Positions 31,890-40,878 of a DNA stretch of 63,960 nt are shown here, in pieces. The stretch comes from Cyanobacteriota bacterium. Its GTDB lineage: Bacteria; Cyanobacteriota; Cyanobacteriia; Leptolyngbyales; Leptolyngbyaceae. Numbering within the stretch: the stretch's first letter is position 1; the number at the start of each line of letters is the position of its first letter. The stretch spans positions 1-63,960 of the forward strand of contig JAPLHZ010000113.1 of the NCBI GenBank assembly GCA_026389365.1, read 5' to 3'. The position numbers and the translations under genes were made by a program. The notes beneath the pieces are model-generated. The model was not told the DNA's origin. It made no database searches and saw only the letters and a program-made list of their open reading frames with translations.

Positions 31890-32165
31890 TCAACCGCCTG
31901 CGATCGCCGGGACAATGCTGACTTCATCGCCATCGGACAACTCGGTTGCTTCATTTTCCATAAATCGAATATCTTCGCTATTTAGGTAAAAATTCACAAA
32001 GCGACGAAGTTTTCCGCTGTCATCACAAAGCCGTGCCTTAATACCGGGATGCTGAACTTCTAGAACTTCAACCAAATTAGAAATCGTCGTAGCATCACAT
32101 TCGAGGGCAGACTTGTCGCCGACGAACTTTTGGAGTGGAGTAGGAATGAGAACTTTAATAGACAT
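31890..32165 (-). CDS. ThiS/MoaD-family sulfur-carrier protein, CysO-like
   Basis: 91 aa. C-terminal [20 protein letters not shown]...[14 protein letters not shown] closely recalls mycobacterial CysO (from memory). Confidence 0.75.
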   Translation of the reverse strand: MSIKVLIPTPLQKFVGDKSALECDATTISNLVEVLEVQHPGIKARLCDDSGKLRRFVNFYLNSEDIRFMENEATELSDGDEVSIVPAIAGG

Positions 32166-32324
32166 GAATCAAGGGGGAAATAAATTGAACCGTAACCAAT
32201 TGAATTGAAGGTATTTTTGGGACGACGATCGTGAATCTTATCAATCAAAGATTATCAAATCAAAGATTATCAATTCATGCTGATGGGTACAACGATCGTC
32301 GCCTCAAATATTAAGCGGTAAAAA

Positions 32325-33626
32325 TTAAACCATTGCCTGCTGCCATTCCAGACGCTCAAGCGTACGGGACCGCTCTAATGCACGCTCAAATTCATCCAAT
32401 TTAGGATCAATTGTGAACGGTTCGGACAACTCGCCTTTAACTGCTTCTAGAGTTTTCAATCCGTTTCCAGTGATATACACCACCGTAACTTCATCCGGAT
32501 CGATTTTGCCCGCTTCCACCAATTTTTGCAGCGTTGCGATTGTTGTTCCGCCAGCAGTTTCGGTGAAGATGCCTTCGGTTTCTGCCAAAAGCTTCATGCC
32601 CGCAATGATTTCAGCATCATTAACAGATTCAATGTTGCCATTGGTTTTGCGTGCCAATTCAAGGGCATATACGCCATCCGCTGGATTTCCGATCGCGATT
32701 GATTTCGCAATGGTGTCTGGCTTAACTGGGGAAATAAAGTCACGACCTTCGCGGAATGCTTGGGCAATGGGAGAACAGCCTTCCGCTTGGGCACCGCTGA
32801 ACCGCACCGCTTTGTCTTCAACTAGGCCCACTTCCACAAACTCGCGGAAACCTTTATAAATTTTGGTAAACAAAGAACCCGATGCCAACGGTGCAACGAT
32901 GTGATCTGGAAGTTTCCAGCCCAATTGCTCAGCTACCTCAAACCCTAGAGTCTTGGACCCTTCGGAGTAATAAGGGCGAAGATTGATATTTACAAATCCC
33001 CAGCCGTGAGTGTTGGCCACCTCAGAACAAAGACGGTTTACTTGGTCATAGTTACCATTGACCGAAATCAAGGTTGGGTTGTAAATCAAGGTCCCCATGA
33101 CTTTTCCAGCTTCCAAATCAGATGGAATGAACACACAGCAATCCAAACCTGCATGGGCTGCGATCGCGGCGGTGGAGTTGGCCAAGTTTCCAGTACTTGC
33201 GCAGGCAACAGTTGTAAAGCCCAATTCACGAGCGCGGGATAAGGCAACCGACACGACCCGATCCTTGAAGCTTAGAGTCGGCATGTTGACGGCATCATTT
33301 TTGATGTAAAGCTTTTTCAACCCGAGGCGACGGCCCAATCGTTTTGCTTCAATCAGCGGGGTCATCCCAGTTCCGACATCAATGTAGTTATCCGTGGCGA
33401 CCGGAAGAAATGCACGGTAGCGCCAAATGGAATTGGGTCCAGCTTCAATGGTCTCACGACTGACCGTTTGCTTCAGAATTTCGTAGTTGTACTTCACTTC
33501 CAACGGACCAAAGCACTCTTCACAAACGTGAATAGCCTTTGCTTCATACTCTGCGCCGCACTCTTTGCACTTAAGCGCTTCAAAAGCCAAGGTGAATGAA
33601 GCGGTCGAGTTGAGGGTTGTGGTCAT
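32325..33626 (-). CDS. thrC: Threonine synthase (long form with N-terminal zinc ribbon)
   Basis: 433 aa. CKECG...CEECFG zinc-ribbon Cys pairs, PLP-lysine motif PTLSFKDR, fold-type II PLP pattern. Confidence 0.8.
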   Translation of the reverse strand: MTTTLNSTASFTLAFEALKCKECGAEYEAKAIHVCEECFGPLEVKYNYEILKQTVSRETIEAGPNSIWRYRAFLPVATDNYIDVGTGMTPLIEAKRLGRRLGLKKLYIKNDAVNMPTLSFKDRVVSVALSRARELGFTTVACASTGNLANSTAAIAAHAGLDCCVFIPSDLEAGKVMGTLIYNPTLISVNGNYDQVNRLCSEVANTHGWGFVNINLRPYYSEGSKTLGFEVAEQLGWKLPDHIVAPLASGSLFTKIYKGFREFVEVGLVEDKAVRFSGAQAEGCSPIAQAFREGRDFISPVKPDTIAKSIAIGNPADGVYALELARKTNGNIESVNDAEIIAGMKLLAETEGIFTETAGGTTIATLQKLVEAGKIDPDEVTVVYITGNGLKTLEAVKGELSEPFTIDPKLDEFERALERSRTLERLEWQQAMV

Positions 33627-33764
33627 GTCTTACAAGCTCCTAAGGATTAAATAATGCTTTGTTTTCACTGTATGAAGATGACTCTACCTGTCATTTCTAG
33701 TGAAGTCAAACATAGCCGACCTTTTTAGTTGGGATTGATTTGTGAAGTGAGGATTGCTGTATAC

Positions 33765-34046
33765 CTAGCCGCCGCTGACGGGTGGAATTAGGACAACCTC
33801 ATCGCCGTCTTGAAGGATGGTGTCAGCAGTGACAAAGGCTAGGTTTACGCCGAATCGGGTGAGATGCCGCCAGGGTTCGAGTTGCGGATATTGTTGGAGA
33901 AGTTGTTCTAGGAGTGCGGCGATCGTGGTTTCCGGGGCAATTGTTTGGGTGAGTTCGGCTTGCCCAACAGCATCTTGGTAGGCGGCAAAGAGTTTTAGGG
34001 TAATGGTGGGATGCGTGGGATTGGGATGCGTCAGGGGAGTAGTCAT
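33765..34046 (-). CDS. moaD: Molybdopterin synthase sulfur-carrier subunit MoaD-type protein
   Basis: ORF 33765-34142. ATG 34046 is preferred (93 aa). LKLFAAYQDAVG...DGDEVVLIPPVSGG. Confidence 0.7.
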   Translation of the reverse strand: MTTPLTHPNPTHPTITLKLFAAYQDAVGQAELTQTIAPETTIAALLEQLLQQYPQLEPWRHLTRFGVNLAFVTADTILQDGDEVVLIPPVSGG

Positions 34047-34261
34047 GGGCAAAACTGTTCCTATTTTTGGGACGATATATGTAGAAATCGTGTGAAAAAT
34101 GACTTTTGTGGCCGAAGATGCGATCGCAGGCAATAGCAGCACCGTACAATGAAAGCTGTCAGAAAAATTACGCTACTGGCTTATGTCTTGGCAAATATCT
34201 TGGATAAGCTAACGCGAAATCACTATCTGGTGCCCAGGGTGCGCTATTTCTAAAGGATTTC

Positions 34262-36430
34262 ATGATTTACTGCCTTAATCCCGACTGCAAGCAGCCTATT
34301 AATGTCGCGCAATCTACTTGCTGTGAGAGCTGCGGATTGCCCCTTGTTCCTTTGCTGCGGGGGCGATACCGAATTGTGCGGGCCTTGGGGCAGGGTGGGT
34401 TTGGAAAGACTTATTTGGCCGTGGATGAAGATCGGCTGAAGGCTCGCTGTGTGATTAAGCAGTTTTTGCCGCAGGTGAAAAGCGAAAGCTCCATGAAAAA
34501 GGCCGTCTTACTATTTGAACAAGAGGCCATACGACTGAATGAACTGGGCGAACATCCTCACATTCCCAGTCTAATGGCCTATTTCGAGCAGGACAATCGT
34601 CTATATCTCGTACAACAATTTATTGAAGGGGCGACGCTGGCGCAAGAATTATCTCATCAGGGCTGTTTTGGGGAACAAAAAATTCGGGAAGTGATGGCGG
34701 GTTTGCTGCCGATTTTGAAGTTTGTTCACGATCGTAATGTGATTCATCGCGACATTACCCCGGCTAATATTATTCGTCGCAAGCTAGACAATCGCCTAAT
34801 TTTAATCGACTTCGGCATTGCTAAAGTGCTTGAGGAAGTTGGGTCTGATTTGGAGGTTCCTGGCACAAAAATTGGTACTGCAGGCTATGCGCCCATAGAG
34901 CAACTCCGAAGTGGTCGAGCATTCCCCGCAAGTGATTTGTATAGTCTGGGGGCGACTTGTTTGTATTTGATGACGAGGATAAAGCCGGATGACTTGTATG
35001 ACCCGATTCAGGGCAATTGGCTGTGGCGATCGCAATTGGCAGAGCAAGGCGTTCGATTTTCGGAGGGGATTGGACAAATTCTCGATCGGTTACTAAAGGA
35101 CCTTGTGATTGAGCGATATCAGACGGCGGATCAAGTCATGCATGACTTACGTACATTAATGTCGCGCCCGTCAAGTCTTTCTCCAGGGTCTTTTTCGTTG
35201 CCAAGGAGCAGTACGGCATCAATCCCACGACCCACTAAGCCTCCCGAAATTTCTCGACTTCCACAGTCAGCCAACCATTCTAATAGTTTCAGTAATTCAG
35301 AGATTCGGGCCAATTCTCAAGGGCTTAATGAGTCGGATTTTGTAACGGATTTACCAGATCGTGATGTTTCGTCTCAATCAAATCAGTTGTCTCAAGCGAA
35401 CGAATTGTCTGAGGCTCCTTCATCTTCTGATCCTGTATCGGCAAAATTATTGCCAATGGTCGATATTCGCCGATCGTCTCCGTCGGCAAAGTCTTCGCCG
35501 ATATCTTCGCCGACTAGCAATCGTATTTCGGGTGAACTAACGGATCTCTATGGTTGTATTTCCACTCTTAAAGGCCATTCATCTTGGGTTTTTGCTTTAG
35601 CGGCTAGTCCTGATAGTCAAACGTTGGTGAGTGGTGGATTGGACGATCGGATTATTGTTTGGGATTTGTTGAGTGGCGACGCGGATAAAATTTTGGTAGG
35701 TCATACTAAACCGATTAATGGTTTGGCGATTACATCTAATGGTAAAACAGTCGTCAGTTGTAGTGATGACATTAGTATTAAATTTTGGCAGTTGAGTACG
35801 GGAAATTTAGAACGATCGCTTTCTGCGCACACGCGAGATATTAATTCGATTGCCGTGAGTTCCGATGGTCAATTTTTAGTCAGCGGTGCTGAAGATCGTA
35901 CCCTATGCGTTTGGAATGTCAACTCGGGAACGTTATTACGGAGTTATCCTGAAGTGTCGGGTATGGTGCGATCGGTGGCGATGAGTGCGAATGCTCAGGT
36001 GGTAGCGTGTGGAGGACTTGACAACAAAGTTCGGGTTTGGAATTTCAATACTACTCAACTTCTTCATTGCTTTAGTGGCCATAATAATTCAGTGTTGAGT
36101 GTGGCACTCACGCAGTCTGGACAATATGTTGTCAGTGGTAGTAAAGATCGTACAATCAAAATCTGGAATGTTCAATCTGGTGAATTGATACGAACTTTAA
36201 TTGGGCATTTGGATGTGGTGAATAGTGTGGCGATTACCCCGGATGGTCGTTACTTAATTAGCGGCAGCGGGGATAAGACCATTCGGATTTGGCATTGTGC
36301 ATCGGGTGAGCCGATCGTAACGCTGACGGGCCATAAAAGTGCGGTGAATGCGATCGTTGTGAGTCCAAATCAAAAATGGTTGGCGAGTGCAAGTTCTGAT
36401 AATTCAATTAAGGTTTGGAAATTGGGCTGA
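34262..36430 (+). CDS. Ser/Thr protein kinase with N-terminal zinc ribbon and C-terminal WD40 repeats
   Basis: 722 aa. CLNPDC...CCESCG; kinase motifs GQGGFGKTY, HRDITPANI, DFG; Ser/Pro-rich linker; about 7 WD repeats (GH...WD/WN/WK). Confidence 0.88.
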   Translation: MIYCLNPDCKQPINVAQSTCCESCGLPLVPLLRGRYRIVRALGQGGFGKTYLAVDEDRLKARCVIKQFLPQVKSESSMKKAVLLFEQEAIRLNELGEHPHIPSLMAYFEQDNRLYLVQQFIEGATLAQELSHQGCFGEQKIREVMAGLLPILKFVHDRNVIHRDITPANIIRRKLDNRLILIDFGIAKVLEEVGSDLEVPGTKIGTAGYAPIEQLRSGRAFPASDLYSLGATCLYLMTRIKPDDLYDPIQGNWLWRSQLAEQGVRFSEGIGQILDRLLKDLVIERYQTADQVMHDLRTLMSRPSSLSPGSFSLPRSSTASIPRPTKPPEISRLPQSANHSNSFSNSEIRANSQGLNESDFVTDLPDRDVSSQSNQLSQANELSEAPSSSDPVSAKLLPMVDIRRSSPSAKSSPISSPTSNRISGELTDLYGCISTLKGHSSWVFALAASPDSQTLVSGGLDDRIIVWDLLSGDADKILVGHTKPINGLAITSNGKTVVSCSDDISIKFWQLSTGNLERSLSAHTRDINSIAVSSDGQFLVSGAEDRTLCVWNVNSGTLLRSYPEVSGMVRSVAMSANAQVVACGGLDNKVRVWNFNTTQLLHCFSGHNNSVLSVALTQSGQYVVSGSKDRTIKIWNVQSGELIRTLIGHLDVVNSVAITPDGRYLISGSGDKTIRIWHCASGEPIVTLTGHKSAVNAIVVSPNQKWLASASSDNSIKVWKLG

Positions 36431-36512
36431 TGTTGTTCGGTTCAATTTGATGGATAAGATGATTGAAAAAAATGGGGAATAACTTTTTAGAACTCATCTA
36501 AAAACAAGCGGT

Positions 36513-37070
36513 ATGATGGAAATGATCGGCCTTATTCAAACTGTTAAAATGAACCTAGAGTTTACGGTCCCACCTAATATTACATTTGAGCAATCGATGG
36601 ATCTGACCCAAGATTTGCTGATGTCAACTCCATCTGAAGCGTTACTAGAGTCCGCGATTACTGCATTGCTTCAAACTCAGAACGGCGCACGTGGTTTTTT
36701 TGTGGTGTTTTTAACAGGAGATTCTGCCTTGGCTGATGCGCCAACTCCAGCCTTGCTCCGAGCCTTACGATTCAACCCGGATGCGATCGCGGATTTGATG
36801 GTAAAAAATATTGCGATGCCCACCGCCATGGCCCTGACCCATCAACGCAATGGCAATGATGAACTGGCTGCCAGTTCAAATCAAACTAAAAGCCGATCGA
36901 TTCATTTAGTTCAACAACTCAACCTGTCTGAAATAACTACTCTTTTGCGATCGATGCAATCTACAATTCAAAATAACAAGGGTGATTATCAACGCTTTCT
37001 CAATAGATGGGGCTACGACCAAGAACAACGGGATGCGATCGGTCAAGTATTGTCGCTGATGTTGGCTTAG
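36513..37070 (+). CDS. Hypothetical protein
   Basis: 185-aa ORF between the kinase and rhomboid genes. No family recognised. Start uncertain (several early Met). Confidence 0.4.
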   Translation: MMEMIGLIQTVKMNLEFTVPPNITFEQSMDLTQDLLMSTPSEALLESAITALLQTQNGARGFFVVFLTGDSALADAPTPALLRALRFNPDAIADLMVKNIAMPTAMALTHQRNGNDELAASSNQTKSRSIHLVQQLNLSEITTLLRSMQSTIQNNKGDYQRFLNRWGYDQEQRDAIGQVLSLMLA

Positions 37071-37128
37071 TGTTGGCCTCAAAGCTAGACGAGACGTAAG
37101 GACGAATTATTAGGGATGACCATTCTGT

Positions 37129-38736
37129 ATGAGTATTGAAATTGTTATCCTTCAGATTGTTGCAATTTCCTGTATTGCCATTCTGCTACGATCGAAAAAG
37201 AATCAAGGCTGGTCGTTTGTGGCTGCGTCAATCTTGATCATTATGGCGATCGGTTGGCGGCTAAAAGCACAATGGACCGTGGGACTGGTAGCGGTGTTGT
37301 GGACGATTGGAATTGGGTTGCCGATTTTTGGGATGGCGCAAATTGCAAAACTCCGATTGCAGGAGAACTACATGCAAGCGCTGCTAATTGCTAATGTGGT
37401 CAGAATTCTTCATCCTGGAGATGGTTGGTGGAACTACCCTCAGACGTTGCAAGCTTTAGCCTTAGCTCATCAGGGAAATCTTGATGGTGCCTTAAAACTA
37501 TTGGAACCGATGCAGTCTATTGAGGACTATGATGGTCGGCTAGCGATCGCGACAATTCATAATTTACAAGCCAAATGGTATGCCTATTTGAATATTGCCG
37601 AGACACAATTGACGAAAGCACAGCGATTTGATGAAGCGAGTAGTGGGGGACTATATTTACGATCGCTTGGGGAAACGCGGCAGTTAGATCAATTGTTGGT
37701 GGCGGTGAAAGAGTGTCATTTACGATCGGGAAAATCGGGCAATATTGCTTTGGTGTTATTAAGTAAATTGTATGCCTTTGCATTCACTGGACAGACTAAT
37801 GACGTGAAGCAATTGTTGAATACTGGACTTAATGATTATTCTAGTACTAGTAAACGATTTTGGATTGCTACTGCCAACTGGTACGGGGGGGATTTTGAGA
37901 TTGCAACTATAGAATTTCAAGCCCTAAAACAGTTTTCCAGTTGTGAATTGAAGAGTAGTTTAGAGTGGCGATCATCACAGGCTCCAATTCGATCGTTTCA
38001 ATTGTTGAATTTAGAATCTCGTAGTATTCTCCAGAACTTACAGCGAATGCAACAAGAGGATCTGAAATACAATCCCCGCAATCCCACGACGATTCGCCAA
38101 GTGCCGTTGACCTATGCGATCGTGGCGGTGAATTGTTTGATTTATGGGTTGCCCTTCATTATTCTTTATGGAGTGATTCGTTCAGATATTGTTTTTAATC
38201 TTCACCCTCCGATCGCGCTTATTGTGAAAGGACTTTTAAACATTTACGATTGGGGAGCATTGGTCCCGGATCAATTGTTTGATGGCGCATGGTGGCAACC
38301 CTTGACGGCCATGTTTTTGCATGATCCTAGTAGCATTGTCCATTTACTCTTCAATATGTTGGGCTTAATGATTGTCGGCGCATTTGTCGAATCACGTCTG
38401 GGGACATTGCGCTATGCGATCGCATATTTCACCGCAGGAATCGGCTCCATGATTCTCCTGGCTGTTTTATCAAGCATGACCGGGGCCGGAACTATGAGTG
38501 CGATCGGTGCTTCTGGAGCGATTATGGGGATGATTGGTGTGATGGTAGCGATCTATTGGAAGGGCTGGCGTAAGGGTGATCTAGTTGCGAAACAATGGCT
38601 ACGATCGATCGCCTTAATTGTCATTTTACAAACTGCGTTTGATGCAGTTAATCCCAATGTGAGTGGGGTGGGACATTTGGGCGGTTTATTGATTGGGGCG
38701 TTGGTTGGGTTGGGATTGGTTCGGGATCAGGAGTAA
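37129..38736 (+). CDS. Rhomboid-family intramembrane serine protease with long N-terminal TM/TPR-like extension
   Basis: 535 aa. Rhomboid motifs HLLFNM, GASGAIMG (catalytic Ser) and GHLGGLLIG (catalytic His) in the C-terminal ~200 aa. Confidence 0.75.
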   Translation: MSIEIVILQIVAISCIAILLRSKKNQGWSFVAASILIIMAIGWRLKAQWTVGLVAVLWTIGIGLPIFGMAQIAKLRLQENYMQALLIANVVRILHPGDGWWNYPQTLQALALAHQGNLDGALKLLEPMQSIEDYDGRLAIATIHNLQAKWYAYLNIAETQLTKAQRFDEASSGGLYLRSLGETRQLDQLLVAVKECHLRSGKSGNIALVLLSKLYAFAFTGQTNDVKQLLNTGLNDYSSTSKRFWIATANWYGGDFEIATIEFQALKQFSSCELKSSLEWRSSQAPIRSFQLLNLESRSILQNLQRMQQEDLKYNPRNPTTIRQVPLTYAIVAVNCLIYGLPFIILYGVIRSDIVFNLHPPIALIVKGLLNIYDWGALVPDQLFDGAWWQPLTAMFLHDPSSIVHLLFNMLGLMIVGAFVESRLGTLRYAIAYFTAGIGSMILLAVLSSMTGAGTMSAIGASGAIMGMIGVMVAIYWKGWRKGDLVAKQWLRSIALIVILQTAFDAVNPNVSGVGHLGGLLIGALVGLGLVRDQE

Positions 38737-39084
38737 TTTAGGCTTTGAAACTGTGGAAGAACTTATAGGAAATTTGGTAGGCAATTTGGGAGTAAGGGTT
38801 TGAACGCATTCTATTAGGCTGCCGATCGCAAGTTGGTATGCGATCGGACGTTCCGTTGCTATTGTACTTTGGGTCACAACCGATTGTCCTTTCTCCTCAC
38901 TTAACCGAACTCCTGCGGTATCTGTTCGCAGTGGCGTTTCGCGGGCAGGCGGTCTATATTGTTGTGGGCTTGAAGTAGGAGCGAGGCGAGGCAGTAAACT
39001 TGGGGACGCAACGGCAGAGCTAAGCTGGCTAATTGCGATCAGATTTATGAGCTGTAAGCAAAAAATAACAGAACGAGTAGACAT
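38686..39084 (-). CDS. Possible small secreted Pro/Ser/Thr-rich protein
   Basis: 132-aa ORF with signal-peptide-like N-terminus (...LIAISQLSSAVASP). The 3' end overlaps the rhomboid gene by 51 nt (convergent), which lowers confidence. Confidence 0.3.
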   Translation of the reverse strand: MSTRSVIFCLQLINLIAISQLSSAVASPSLLPRLAPTSSPQQYRPPARETPLRTDTAGVRLSEEKGQSVVTQSTIATERPIAYQLAIGSLIECVQTLTPKLPTKFPISSSTVSKPKLLLIPNQSQPNQRPNQ

Positions 39085-39554
39085 AGATTAAAGTTGGGAG
39101 TTCCCAGATCGGTAAGATGCATGACAGCCTGATGTATAAATTGATACTCGGTAGATATAACTATCCATATAGATTCACTCCGTATCACCACTCTATTAAC
39201 GACTAAGCCATCACCCCTTGGGTTTCCTGCCTCCTCGAATCTCACCGGAACCTTGTATCAACTTAGGTTTGCATCAAGCATTAGTTAATAATTCTCTCAG
39301 TAAGTATACTGATTTGGTATATAAGTCACATTTTAGTCCTTCATGATGTGCATTAATGACTTTAGAGCAGAGAGGATGCCAGTTCTCATTAATTCTAACT
39401 ACAACCCTACCTTGTCCAAAAATATTAGACTTTGGCGTTGTAGATTTAAGGTATGAAGAAATTTCTTTAAGTGCCGAAAAATTATTCTAAGAATCTAGTC
39501 CTCATACCGTGAATCAGCAACGCCAAAAATATTAGGTAGCCTTCACCCGTCTGT

Positions 39555-40793
39555 TCAAAAATTACCAAATTTCTCCCGAGAAGACAGTCCTTTGGTTAAC
39601 CCGAACGAAGCCCGAAGACTACTCGCCACGGGAGCCATCTTGCCCTGCTGACAGACCTCCGCATACAATGCCTCCACATCGGTAATGTTCTGGCTCAAGG
39701 TATACCGTTCCAAAACCCGATCGCGAGCCTTTTGTCCCAACAATTGCGTCAATCCTGGATGGTCGCGAAACAACGGTAACAAGGTTTGCAACTGAGTCGC
39801 CACCGACTGATTGGTCCGCATAATAATCCCTGCCCCTTGCTCCAGCACTTCCCCATCCGCACCCGCATCCGTCGCAATACAGGCCAATCCACAAGCCATA
39901 GCTTCGAGGAGTGACAACGATAATCCTTCAACCAGCGACGGCAAAATGTACACATCCGCACTACGCAAAATCTCAATCCGCCGACTTTCCTCCGCCACAA
40001 ATCCTAGCCATTCCACTCCAATCTCCTCACCGTACTGCGCCTTCAACGATGACAATAATGGTCCACTCCCCACCATCAACAACCGACTGTCAACGCCCAT
40101 ATTCGCCGCTTTCCAGGCTTTAAGTAGCGCTTCAACATTTTTCTCTGGTGCAATACGACCTTGATATACAAAAATATGATCGGTGCCCCAAGCTTGCCGC
40201 ATTGCCATGTCTTTTTTCGGGATGGAACTGGGGCAATATTTATCTACATCAACGCCATTGGGAATCACGGCAATCCGATCGCTCCCCACGCCTAACTTGA
40301 TCAACAGATCTTTCTGCAAGTACGAGAAAACAATCACCCGATCGTAATGAGCCAGCGCGGGGGCATAAAGCTGATACATCAAATACTGAGTCCCCGAAGC
40401 CCAGTTTCGCACCTGATTATCAAAGGCCGGATGAAAGGTCGCAACCAACGGCACATCCAAGTCTTCACACAATTCCGGCAACCGAAAATCAAGGGGCGAC
40501 AATGTGAGTGATGCATGGACCACATCAGGTTTCAACCGTCGAAGTGCCCGGTACAGAAGCTTGCTCGATCGTAACTTGGGCAACGTGTAAATCTGAGATT
40601 TGAACAAAAACGGAATGGTTACTTCCTGAAAATTAGGAGCAAATTCAGGACTATGCTCTTCTTCATTATCGTCTTGGGAAAAGTGAAAAAAGCTAACGTG
40701 ATGCTCGCGATCGAGGAGTGAATTTGTGACTTCTCGACCGTAGGTAACGTTGCCACAAAAGGGCGACTTTTTCCCTAACCAAGCAATATGCAT
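39555..40793 (-). CDS. Glycosyltransferase family 4 (GT-B fold)
   Basis: 412 aa. C-terminal EGLSLSLLEAMACGLACIATD motif typical of GT4/GT1-type enzymes. Confidence 0.8.
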   Translation of the reverse strand: MHIAWLGKKSPFCGNVTYGREVTNSLLDREHHVSFFHFSQDDNEEEHSPEFAPNFQEVTIPFLFKSQIYTLPKLRSSKLLYRALRRLKPDVVHASLTLSPLDFRLPELCEDLDVPLVATFHPAFDNQVRNWASGTQYLMYQLYAPALAHYDRVIVFSYLQKDLLIKLGVGSDRIAVIPNGVDVDKYCPSSIPKKDMAMRQAWGTDHIFVYQGRIAPEKNVEALLKAWKAANMGVDSRLLMVGSGPLLSSLKAQYGEEIGVEWLGFVAEESRRIEILRSADVYILPSLVEGLSLSLLEAMACGLACIATDAGADGEVLEQGAGIIMRTNQSVATQLQTLLPLFRDHPGLTQLLGQKARDRVLERYTLSQNITDVEALYAEVCQQGKMAPVASSLRASFGLTKGLSSREKFGNF

Positions 40794-40878
40794 ATTTTCT
40801 ACCGTTGTGTCCTAAATGGGCTTAAATCATCTTTGAGTCTCCGTCCATTATGGGTGAGGACGGACATTTAACAGACAC

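Noticed and set aside
39619-40164. Several 70-117-aa ORFs within or antisense to the GT4 glycosyltransferase gene
   Set aside because: They are nested in a well-supported 412-aa glycosyltransferase frame, with Pro/Arg/Ser-rich junk composition.
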